Under the pieces are notes generated by a model, which saw nothing but the letters and a program-made list of their open reading frames with translations, did not search any database and was not told where the DNA came from. A stretch of 64,000 nt of DNA from an uncultured Verrucomicrobiae bacterium (lineage in GTDB: Bacteria > Verrucomicrobiota > Verrucomicrobiia > Limisphaerales > Palsa-1400), in the NCBI GenBank assembly GCA_963702845.1, contig OY969763.1:3392001-3456000 (forward strand). The letters are read 5' to 3'. This document shows positions 12,866 through 21,609 of this stretch, piece by piece. How positions within the stretch are numbered: the first letter of the stretch is position 1; every line of letters begins with the position of its first letter. Made by a program: the position numbers and the translations under genes.

Positions 12866-13909
12866 TCAGTTGTTGACGTCCACAGTTCGCAACGCGCGGT
12901 AGAATAGTTTCCCGCTATTGGTCACTGTCACGCTCGCCCGCCTCGTTCCATCGAGCACGTTTGTGCTGAACGATTGCCAGTCCACAAGATTACTGGACGA
13001 TTGCAGGACGTGGGTTGCGTTCAGCGCGCCGTAAAGGGTGATCTGCGTCCGATTCGTCGCAGTCGACTGCAGTGTGAAATAAAAGTCGTCGTTGATAATC
13101 GTGCACTTCGGCTGACTCACAAATACGACTCCGCGCGCATTTTGCGGGTTGGTGTCTTTGGGCCGAAGGCTGAAGCGGCCAAACCCCAACGAGGGATTTA
13201 ACAAAAACGTTTCGTCGTCTTCATTGGTGTCGTCACCGTTCACGACGACGATGCAGCAAGCCACGTTGGTTCGTGCAGGTCCGGGATCGAGTTGCCAGCG
13301 ACTTGGAAAGGTGGAATAATCCACATTGGCCGCCGCGGTTCCGCCAGAAGGCGAACAAAGGGCATATACTTCTTGTTCGGTTGCTTCGTAGGTCGTCAGC
13401 GTCACGTTTACAATAGTCGTCGCGCCTGCAACGCCCTCAGGCGTCGTGACGTCATTGACGTAAATCTCTAACGGATCGTCATCGAGAATCATGCATTGGG
13501 CGCTGGAACGTCCGAGTGTCCCCTGCCCTTGAAGCGAAAGACCGAGGCCAAATGGTTCGTTCGCTTCATTGACAGTGTCGCCGATGACCTTTATGTAGAC
13601 CGACTTGTTAGTCTCATCGGGCGCAAATGTAACTGTCCCGTTCGTCGCCACGAAATCCACGCCGCTACGCGCGGGATAGGGCTGGTTCAAATAGTCGTAA
13701 GGAACTTCAAACGTCGTATAAGCAACCGTGAGAGCATTCGTCCACGGAGCCGAAAGCGTGATGACGAACTCAGCGTTCGTCGTGCCGGAATTACCTTCGA
13801 TCACTTGTGTGTCATTGATATCAACAGTCGGCTGCGATTGCGCAATCGCTAACATACCGGAGCACGCAATCCATGCCAAACACACCGCATTCTGCATCCC
13901 AAAGCCCAT
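12866..13909 (-). CDS. Secreted Calx-beta domain protein with verrucomicrobial-type C-terminal tail
   Basis: Two Calx-beta-like repeats (VIEGNSGTTNAEFVITLS..GTVTFAPDET..IGDTVNEANEPF); tail LQSSSNLVDW...LFYRA. Confidence 0.8.
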   Translation of the reverse strand: MGFGMQNAVCLAWIACSGMLAIAQSQPTVDINDTQVIEGNSGTTNAEFVITLSAPWTNALTVAYTTFEVPYDYLNQPYPARSGVDFVATNGTVTFAPDETNKSVYIKVIGDTVNEANEPFGLGLSLQGQGTLGRSSAQCMILDDDPLEIYVNDVTTPEGVAGATTIVNVTLTTYEATEQEVYALCSPSGGTAAANVDYSTFPSRWQLDPGPARTNVACCIVVVNGDDTNEDDETFLLNPSLGFGRFSLRPKDTNPQNARGVVFVSQPKCTIINDDFYFTLQSTATNRTQITLYGALNATHVLQSSSNLVDWQSFSTNVLDGTRRASVTVTNSGKLFYRALRTVDVNN

Positions 13910-14001
13910 GCTCCTGAGTATGAGCTTTGGGAGGGCTGCGGAAAATCGAGAAGCCTACTCAAACCTTTCTGAGAGAATGCTCGATTTTCTGTGCTTGATT
14001 G

Positions 14002-14265
14002 TCAGACATCGACGCGACGGTTGCGCACGAACAGCATCCGATAGAGCGCGAGCAGAACAATGGCGCCAACCACCGATGCGATGAACCCAGCCGAATCACC
14101 TTCCCGATACCATCCAACGGCCCGGCCAATGTAGTAAGCCACAAACGAGCCGGCGATACCGATCAACGTTGTGATGATAAACCCGCCGGGATCGCGGCCA
14201 GGCATCAGTAGTTTAGCAATAATTCCGACGATTAATCCGATTATGATCGTTCCTAACACATGCAT
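14002..14265 (-). CDS. GlsB/YeaQ/YmgE (transglycosylase-associated) membrane protein
   Basis: IIIGLIVGIIAKLLMPGRDPGGFIITTLIGIAGS pattern; 87 aa. Confidence 0.88.
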   Translation of the reverse strand: MHVLGTIIIGLIVGIIAKLLMPGRDPGGFIITTLIGIAGSFVAYYIGRAVGWYREGDSAGFIASVVGAIVLLALYRMLFVRNRRVDV

Positions 14266-14347
14266 ATAGTTCCTCCTGTTATTGCAACCGTACCTCCCCA
14301 CATAAACGGAACAACTCCTTCCGCGGACTACAACAATCCCCGATGTC

Positions 14348-15604
14348 CTACTGTTCGATTCGGTAGAGGTGAGTTTTGGTGCGAATGATTAACGCATGAC
14401 CGCTTACCGCTGGTGAAGCCATCAAGCCGGAATCCAGTTTGTTCGTCGCAATCACGGTGCATGTGCGTCCCGGTTTAAGCACGGAGGCGGTTCCCTCCAG
14501 GTCGAAGAAATACAAATGCCCATCAGCATAAATTGGCGAGCCTTCATAAGTTCGTCCAAATCGTTCGGTCCAAACGACGTTTCCATCCGCCGCATCAACG
14601 CACGAAACAAAACTTTCTCCAGCCGCGGTATAAATCAAACCATCGACAAAAATCGGTGACGAAAATTTCCCGACGTGCGTGCGCAAATGCCATTGCACGT
14701 GTGTCTGGGTAACGTCGCCACTGCCGTCCGGCTTGACGGCGAATAGATCTGTCTTCGTAGTGCCACTCACGAAGTAGGCAAGGTTGTTGTGGAAGATTGG
14801 CCGCGGTGCGGACGAAAAATCCAAATGTGTGACTTTCCACAGTTCCTTTCCGCTTTTCACATCATAACCGTACGCTGCCTTTGCGCCGGAACTGAGCAAC
14901 TGAGCGTGGCCATTTACCGTCGCAATGATTGGAGTGCTATGTGCTTTGCGATGGTCACCCTCTTTTGCGAACCCGCCTTCGTTTGCGTCATTCCAAATCG
15001 CCGAGCGATCGGTTTTCCAAATCGTCTTGCCCGATCCCTTTTCGAGGCCGGTGATGTATTGCAGGTCGACGCCATCCAACGTGACGATCAACAGGTTTTC
15101 AAATAGAACCGGCGATGAAGATGGGCCACGAAATAGGCGACATTGCAAGTCCTCACGTTTCCAAATCACCTCGGCGGTTTTGGTATCCAGACACGCAGTT
15201 CCATAGCATCCAAAATTGACATAGACGCGTCCGGGTTCGATGACCGGCGATGGTGTCGCGTAACTGTTCACATCGTTACCGAGCGATTCCGGGTTATCGC
15301 AGTGGAACAGCTTTTTGTTCACGAGAATTTTTCCAGAGGACTCGTCGACCGAGATGACGTAAAAATCGTGACCGCCAGGATCGGCAGTCGTCATCCAAAT
15401 TTTTCCGTCTGCAATCGCCGGCGTCGACCAACCGCGCAATGGAATTTCAGTTTTCCATTTGATGTTTTCCTTTTCGCTCCAACGCAATGGCAAGCCCGTG
15501 TTCGGCGCGTGGCCATTCTGAGTCGGGCCGCGCATTTCAGGCCAATCAACGTTGGCACGCGCGGCAAGGCAAGCCATGAAGAGCAACAGGAAAATGAAAC
15601 GCAT
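14348..15604 (-). CDS. PQQ-like beta-propeller repeat protein (BamB-like), exported
   Basis: Signal peptide; DWPEMRGP, WSTP/ATPSP/SSPV repeats, G...W motifs, IIRTKTHLY end. Confidence 0.85.
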   Translation of the reverse strand: MRFIFLLLFMACLAARANVDWPEMRGPTQNGHAPNTGLPLRWSEKENIKWKTEIPLRGWSTPAIADGKIWMTTADPGGHDFYVISVDESSGKILVNKKLFHCDNPESLGNDVNSYATPSPVIEPGRVYVNFGCYGTACLDTKTAEVIWKREDLQCRLFRGPSSSPVLFENLLIVTLDGVDLQYITGLEKGSGKTIWKTDRSAIWNDANEGGFAKEGDHRKAHSTPIIATVNGHAQLLSSGAKAAYGYDVKSGKELWKVTHLDFSSAPRPIFHNNLAYFVSGTTKTDLFAVKPDGSGDVTQTHVQWHLRTHVGKFSSPIFVDGLIYTAAGESFVSCVDAADGNVVWTERFGRTYEGSPIYADGHLYFFDLEGTASVLKPGRTCTVIATNKLDSGLMASPAVSGHALIIRTKTHLYRIEQ

Positions 15605-15684
15605 AGAAAAAGAATGATAGGATAACGCGGCAAAGCAAGTCTCGGAATGACAACTCTCCCGCGATGCGATAGCGTCGCTTCGAA

Positions 15685-17097
15685 ATGTTGACCCGCATCC
15701 TGTTGCTATTTCTCGCGATCATCCTCCCTGCTTCATCAGCACAGTTGCAAAAAATCCGCATCGCAAAGGACGGTCGCACGTTTGTGACCGATGACGGGAA
15801 ACCATTCGTCCCATTCGGTGTAAATTACTATCGACCCGGCACTGGCTGGGCACCGCAGATTTGGAAAACGTTCGATGCCGAAGCAACCCGTAAAGATTTC
15901 GCACGGATGAAAGAACTGGGCGTGAACTGCGTTCGCGTGTTCGTGACTTACCACTCGATGCATTTTGAGCCCGGCGAACTCAACACCAACGGCATCGCCA
16001 AATTCGACCAGTTCCTCGATATCGCGGAAAGCGCCGGTATTTACGTTCATCCGACCGGACCGGAATTTTGGGAAGGCCCGCCGCACTGGAAGCCAGTCGC
16101 CCTCGAGGACGAACGCACGCTCGACTATACCTGCGAATTCTGGAAAAAGTTTGCGGCGCGGTATCGCAATCGCCACGTCATTTTCGCCTACGACCTCAAC
16201 AACGAGCCGAGCATTACCTGGAACAATGAAATTATCCTACGTCGTTGGAACGATTGGTTGAAAAAGAAATACGTCACGACACAAAGCCTGAATATCGCGT
16301 GGAGGACCAACAACAATACCGCGTTTGGAAATATTCCCGTGCCCAAAGCCCACGATGCCGTGAAGAACCCGGAGCTTCTCGACTTCCAACATTTCCGCGA
16401 AGATATCGCCGACGAATGGACCAGCCGACAGGTCACGGCGATCAAATCCGCTGATCCCGAAGCCCTGACTACGGTTGGCTGTTTACAAACGACCGTGCCA
16501 TCGCGCTTTTGGGGCGGCATCGAAGATTTCACCGGCTTCGTTCCCAAACGTCAGGCGCGATATCTGGACTTTCTTGAAATCCATTTTTATCCATCCGAAG
16601 GCGGCGGCTACGAATACAAGTCTCACGCCAGCGAATTAGCGAACCTCGCGTATCTCGAAGGAATTGTTCGCGAGGTTGCAAAGGCGGGCAAGCCGGTCGT
16701 TATGGCCGAATTCGGGTGGTATGGCGGCAAAGAGAAACCAAAGTTCGATCACGGAGCCCACCCGCTCGGGACTGAAGAACAACAGGCTTCGTTTTTAAAG
16801 AACGAAATTGAAACGACGTCGGGTTTCGTGGTCGGCTGGCTAAACTGGGGTTTGTATGATCATCCTGGCGCAGGCGATTGCAGCGAACTTACCGGGTTGC
16901 TCGGCGTTGACGGTCACGTTAAAGAGTGGGGCAAAACATTTCACGAGCTCTCAACGCACTACGCGGGCACCGTTATCCCACCGAAGAAAATCGGGCCACG
17001 GCCCGACCTTGATTGGGATGCGTGTATCACCAGCGGCACCGCCGGTAATGCTTTTCGAAAAGCCTACCGCGAAAAGTTTCTTGCGGAGCATCGCTGA
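15685..17097 (+). CDS. Exported clan GH-A glycoside hydrolase (GH5/GH42-like)
   Basis: Signal peptide; GVNY, MKELGVNCVRVF, NNEP acid/base, VVMAEFG nucleophile. Confidence 0.8.
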   Translation: MLTRILLLFLAIILPASSAQLQKIRIAKDGRTFVTDDGKPFVPFGVNYYRPGTGWAPQIWKTFDAEATRKDFARMKELGVNCVRVFVTYHSMHFEPGELNTNGIAKFDQFLDIAESAGIYVHPTGPEFWEGPPHWKPVALEDERTLDYTCEFWKKFAARYRNRHVIFAYDLNNEPSITWNNEIILRRWNDWLKKKYVTTQSLNIAWRTNNNTAFGNIPVPKAHDAVKNPELLDFQHFREDIADEWTSRQVTAIKSADPEALTTVGCLQTTVPSRFWGGIEDFTGFVPKRQARYLDFLEIHFYPSEGGGYEYKSHASELANLAYLEGIVREVAKAGKPVVMAEFGWYGGKEKPKFDHGAHPLGTEEQQASFLKNEIETTSGFVVGWLNWGLYDHPGAGDCSELTGLLGVDGHVKEWGKTFHELSTHYAGTVIPPKKIGPRPDLDWDACITSGTAGNAFRKAYREKFLAEHR

Positions 17098-18843
17098 TTA
17101 CTTTGGCGGTTCGATGTTGTGTTTTACCGCCGATGAACTCTGGCCCGAAGGTTTCGCGGCCTCGTCAAGCGGATGCTCTTCTTCGTACAACTCCTGTGGC
17201 ACTTTTCCTGTCACAGCCGCACGACTATAGGGATAAATATCGGGATCGAAGATGACACTGTAGAGATGCCACACCAGAATCGCCAGACAGGCAAGGATCG
17301 CTTCGTAGAAGTGCACGGTGGTCGCCGCATCGACACACCACCGCTGCAGGAAGCGCGTCACATCCATTTTAAACCAAATCATAAAGCCGGTCGCGCCCAT
17401 GATGATCGTTCCCCAAACCACCGCCCAGTATTCCATCTTTTCGATGTAGGAGAACCGTCCGAACCGCGGTTTCAGCGGACTCATGCCGAGCAGGTACTGC
17501 GCTTGCTCTGAGATATCGCGGGCATCTTTCAGCGCCGGCAACATGTCTTTGACCAATCGGCGACCTTCCCTCGAACCCATGATGTAGCCCAGGTGGTAGA
17601 CACCACCAGCGAGCATAATGATTCCAGCAATGCGATGCGTCCAACTGCGCACTGCTTCGGTGCCGAGCGCATGCGCCCACCAGTTGTCCGGGAACTTGAG
17701 CGCGAAACCCGTCCAGGCCAGCACAATGAAACTGAGCGCGAGGATCGCGTGTTGAGTGCGTTGCGAAACGTACATGCGCACCACACTCGCGCCGTTCACA
17801 TGGCGACGCGCTGCAACTTTTCGTCCCATCAACAGACCGTTGTGAGCGATCATTGCGCCAATCACTCCGATGATCATCGCGAGATAAATTTTGCGTATCC
17901 ACCAATTCACTTTTTCGCCGAACCCTGCGCCGGCTTTGCTGCTGGCGACATCCACGTGGACTTTGCTCAACGCAAATCGTTCGTTCGCTCCCGGGTGACA
18001 TTTGCCGCAGGTCTGGACCAAATGGTCCTTGTTAATCGTCGAATGCGGATCAGATGACGGCAGAATTTTGTGAAACCCATGGCAACTGCTGCAATCAGCA
18101 GCGACCGCCGACCCGTAGGTCGCCGCAAGCCCATGATAACTTTCAAAAAACGTCTTCACACGATCGCTCGGCATTCGGAATTTGGTGTTAATCCGCTCCG
18201 ACGCGTGGCACTTGCTGCAAACCATTCTCGAAATATCCAAAGGCGAACGAGCTTTCAGCACCTCGATCTTATGTTCTGCATGGCAATCGGTGCAGGTGGC
18301 TGCTTCACGTTTGCCGTGCAATGATCCCTGGCCGTGCACACTCACGGCCACGTCTGCGGCTGGGTCCTTGTGACATTGTCCACAGGTTTGAGTGATGTGC
18401 TCAAAATTCAGAGGCGAATCGGGCAATGCCGCCGTGATTACGCTATGGTTTCCGTGGCAAGTGACACAACTGGGCGCGTTGGTTGCCCCTTTCTTCGCGG
18501 CCAAGCCATGAACGCTCGCTGCGTAATAGTCCGATTGCGTCTGGTGACAGCGCGCACAATCGACCGGCTTTGCTGCGAGATTGTCATCGGGATGCTTGTC
18601 GGTAAGATCGCTGTGACAACTCATACACGAGTTCGTTTTGTGCACCGACGCGTTCAGCTTGCTCACGTCACAGAAAACCGAACGAACGATGCCGGTTTTG
18701 TTAGTGGCGGTGAGAGTCTTGTCCTCGTGACATTGCAGGCAGTCTGCGTTGCTGATTTCGGCAGCGAGGATTTTCGCTCCGCACCAGAGCAGAAGCGTCA
18801 GCACGAACAACGCGGCACCGCGTGTCCGAAGTTTTATTTTCAT
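17098..18843 (-). CDS. CbcL-like inner-membrane protein: 9-heme cytochrome c domain fused to a b-type (FdnI-like) membrane domain
   Basis: 9 CxxCH; C-terminal TM region with QH..L...F..L..TG, HR.AG, RFSYIEKMEYWA..WG, HFYEA.LA...WH. Confidence 0.82.
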   Translation of the reverse strand: MKIKLRTRGAALFVLTLLLWCGAKILAAEISNADCLQCHEDKTLTATNKTGIVRSVFCDVSKLNASVHKTNSCMSCHSDLTDKHPDDNLAAKPVDCARCHQTQSDYYAASVHGLAAKKGATNAPSCVTCHGNHSVITAALPDSPLNFEHITQTCGQCHKDPAADVAVSVHGQGSLHGKREAATCTDCHAEHKIEVLKARSPLDISRMVCSKCHASERINTKFRMPSDRVKTFFESYHGLAATYGSAVAADCSSCHGFHKILPSSDPHSTINKDHLVQTCGKCHPGANERFALSKVHVDVASSKAGAGFGEKVNWWIRKIYLAMIIGVIGAMIAHNGLLMGRKVAARRHVNGASVVRMYVSQRTQHAILALSFIVLAWTGFALKFPDNWWAHALGTEAVRSWTHRIAGIIMLAGGVYHLGYIMGSREGRRLVKDMLPALKDARDISEQAQYLLGMSPLKPRFGRFSYIEKMEYWAVVWGTIIMGATGFMIWFKMDVTRFLQRWCVDAATTVHFYEAILACLAILVWHLYSVIFDPDIYPYSRAAVTGKVPQELYEEEHPLDEAAKPSGQSSSAVKHNIEPPK

Positions 18844-18851
18844 ACAACCTC

Positions 18852-21023
18852 TCAGTGGACCAGGCGGGTGACCATGGCGTAGATAATCAGCGCCAACAGC
18901 ACCAGTCCTAAACCGAAGAACAAATATCCAAAGCTGCGCGCGATGCCCTTCCAGCGCTCCCACTCGTCTTTGACGCGGTATTGGTCCAACTTGCCCGACG
19001 AGAGCAGCCGGTCATACCAGCGCTTGCGTTCGTGGAGCATTTCCGCTTTTGAAATGCGTCCTGAGAAAATCACTGTGTCCATGGGGAATTTTTCAATACG
19101 GAAGTGCGTATTGAAAAAGTGCACCGTGAAAATGAATCCAGCGGCAAGGAGCGCCTCGTCAGAGTGAACGATCAGCGCGATGTTAATGGCCCAGCTTGGC
19201 AGGAACTTCGAAAAGAATTGCGGGAACCACATGATCAAGCCCGACACGCCGATCGCGAACACGCCCCAAAACACCGCGAAGTAATCGAACTTTTCCCAGT
19301 AAGTCCAGCGATCGAACTCCGGTTTCGGTCCTTTGCCGAAGAACCATTTCTGATGTGCGATGAAATCCTTTACATCCTGCCACGTCGGAATCATGGAATC
19401 TGGACCAAACAAAACGTGTAGGAGCCGTGAAACCGACCACTTGCCGGTCGCCGGGTCACGCAATGCCTCCCGCTTGCTCCAACTGTTCACGAGCAAGCGA
19501 CCGACGTGCAGCCCAAAATACAGGAACGTGATGATTGCGCCGAAGTGATGCAATACGCGGGCGACTTGCGTTCCGCCGAGGATATAGAAAATCGATTTGG
19601 CCCAACTCGTGTAATAGAACTTCAGTGGCATTCCGGTCACAACGAGGAGCAGAAAACTTGTGACGACCAGGAAGTGCAGGAATCTCTCGTATGGCTGGAA
19701 TCGCGTGAACCATTCGCCGCCGCGTTGATGCGCATGAACCTTTGCTTCGCGGAACGTTTTCGAATCATTCACGTATAGATAACCAGATCGGAAAATCCAC
19801 AGCGCCGTGTGACCACCGAAAAATGCAAATACACCGATCAACAATCCCGTCATCCCGAAAAACACCGCGTTAAGTGCTGGATAGTTTTTGTGATCCAACG
19901 GATTCGCATGCGGCACGTATTGCGCAAAGCTCTCACTGGCATCGGCATGACATTTTTTGCAAGTGCCGACGATGTTCGCATTCGATAACCGCGAAGCCGG
20001 ATTGGATCGCGGCAAAACATCGTGTGCGCCGTGGCAGTCGTAACAAGCGGCCACTTCTGGCGCGGCGTTCGGTTTTCCTAGCGCCATCGCTTTGCCGTGA
20101 TACGTGTCGCGATAATGTTCGAGCCGGTCCTGGTGGCATTTTCCACAGCGCTCGTCACTAATTTCCTTGAAGCTACTTAATTCCGGTGACCCGATAGTGT
20201 GCGCCGTATGGCAGTCCGTACAAACCGGCCCGCGTTTGTCACCTTTGGCCAAAAGCTGTCCGTGCACACTAGCGTTGTATTGTTTTTCAATACCCAGATG
20301 ACACTTGCCGCATGTTGTCGCGACATTCGCGTGGTTTACCGTGGAACTGCGGTCAACACTGCGTTTTATATCATGCACCCCATGGCAGTCGTTGCACGAG
20401 GGCGCGACGATCAACCCCATCTTCAATAGCGCCTTGCCGTGCATACTGTCCGTGTATTGCGCCGCGACCTCCGGATATTTCATCCGATACTCCGTCGTGA
20501 TGCCCTCGTTGCTATGACACTTTGCACAGGTGCGCGGCAGGTTGAGTTTGTAAACAGGTGACTCGGGATCTTTCACCGCCATGATGTTGTGCGTGCCGTG
20601 ACAATCCGAGCAGCCGGCGGCCGCTGAAGCGCCCATTGATTTACTCACGCCATGAATACTTTCAGCGTAATTTTTTACGGCGTTGTCGTGGTCCGATTTC
20701 GCTTCATGACAATTATCGCAACGCGGTGCCGGCGGATGCGCTTCGTGAACCAGATCTTTGAAGCCGCGGTGGCAATCGACGCAGTTCAGTTTTCCGTGAA
20801 TAGATGCCTTAAATATATTGGTTGGAAAAACGGCCATCGGCACGGACTTGCCCTTCACCATGCGAGAAGTGGTTGGGTCGGTATGGCAATCGAGACAGTC
20901 CTGATTAGAAAATGTTTCGGTGACAGCAACAGATGTACCGTTGAATAAGAGCCAGATAACCGCAGCAAAGAGCAGAATAGTACATCGTCGAGAGGCCGCA
21001 ACAACACCACCACTTTTACTCAT
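18852..21023 (-). CDS. CbcL-like protein: 11-heme cytochrome c domain plus cytochrome b membrane domain
   Basis: 11 CxxCH; RFLH..VVTSF..L..TG, DRWTYWEKFDYFAVFWG, IVHSDEALLAAGFIFTVHFFN; start at MSKSGG uncertain. Confidence 0.82.
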   Translation of the reverse strand: MSKSGGVVAASRRCTILLFAAVIWLLFNGTSVAVTETFSNQDCLDCHTDPTTSRMVKGKSVPMAVFPTNIFKASIHGKLNCVDCHRGFKDLVHEAHPPAPRCDNCHEAKSDHDNAVKNYAESIHGVSKSMGASAAAGCSDCHGTHNIMAVKDPESPVYKLNLPRTCAKCHSNEGITTEYRMKYPEVAAQYTDSMHGKALLKMGLIVAPSCNDCHGVHDIKRSVDRSSTVNHANVATTCGKCHLGIEKQYNASVHGQLLAKGDKRGPVCTDCHTAHTIGSPELSSFKEISDERCGKCHQDRLEHYRDTYHGKAMALGKPNAAPEVAACYDCHGAHDVLPRSNPASRLSNANIVGTCKKCHADASESFAQYVPHANPLDHKNYPALNAVFFGMTGLLIGVFAFFGGHTALWIFRSGYLYVNDSKTFREAKVHAHQRGGEWFTRFQPYERFLHFLVVTSFLLLVVTGMPLKFYYTSWAKSIFYILGGTQVARVLHHFGAIITFLYFGLHVGRLLVNSWSKREALRDPATGKWSVSRLLHVLFGPDSMIPTWQDVKDFIAHQKWFFGKGPKPEFDRWTYWEKFDYFAVFWGVFAIGVSGLIMWFPQFFSKFLPSWAINIALIVHSDEALLAAGFIFTVHFFNTHFRIEKFPMDTVIFSGRISKAEMLHERKRWYDRLLSSGKLDQYRVKDEWERWKGIARSFGYLFFGLGLVLLALIIYAMVTRLVH

Positions 21024-21158
21024 GCAACGAGCATGAATTTTAAGCCCTCCTAATACTCTCCGTTGTTTGTGGAACGATCCCCATTTTTTGCATTGCAAAC
21101 TCTTGACCCACAACAACGAGCAACTGTTATTGCGACCTGCAGCGCAATTTCGGCGAAG

Positions 21159-21605
21159 CTATGCTGCAATTTCCTCAATCTGGTCCGCTATTTCACACAG
21201 CAGGTTGTAGTAATCCTCCTTGGACATCCCCAGCGCGTAGGCGCCAAACACTTCTGCGTCTTCCGCTGAAGCAAACTCGCCGTAGTTCACCAGCACGAGT
21301 TGATAAAGCACTACAGCCGGAACTTCTTTCAAACGGGTCATCAAAAGCGGATGAACGAAAATCTTGAAGCCATCTTCCGGATTTTCGCCCAGCGGTTCAG
21401 GATGTGCCATTTCGCCGAGGTGCAGACCGGCCGTATCGAACACAATTGTGCACGGATACCGCACGCACATCCGATCTTCCAACAGCAGTTGAAGTTCGTT
21501 CCAACCGATGTGCGGGCCATATTTTTCAAACACCTGCGCGCCTTTGTCACCGGCGTGTGCCGTAAGAGATTGGCGGGCATCTTCGACGGTTAATTTCTTT
21601 TCCAT
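21159..21605 (-). CDS. Hypothetical protein within the cytochrome cluster
   Basis: 148-aa ORF 4 nt downstream of the nrfD-like stop; normal composition. Confidence 0.7.
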   Translation of the reverse strand: MEKKLTVEDARQSLTAHAGDKGAQVFEKYGPHIGWNELQLLLEDRMCVRYPCTIVFDTAGLHLGEMAHPEPLGENPEDGFKIFVHPLLMTRLKEVPAVVLYQLVLVNYGEFASAEDAEVFGAYALGMSKEDYYNLLCEIADQIEEIAA

Positions 21606-21609
21606 ACAA

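Noticed and set aside
21103..21116. FNR-like TTGAC-CCAC-AACAA; also CRP-like half sites at 27707-27722, ~37283 and ~39686
   Set aside because: Two or more mismatches and inconsistent spacing; cannot be separated from chance without a motif search
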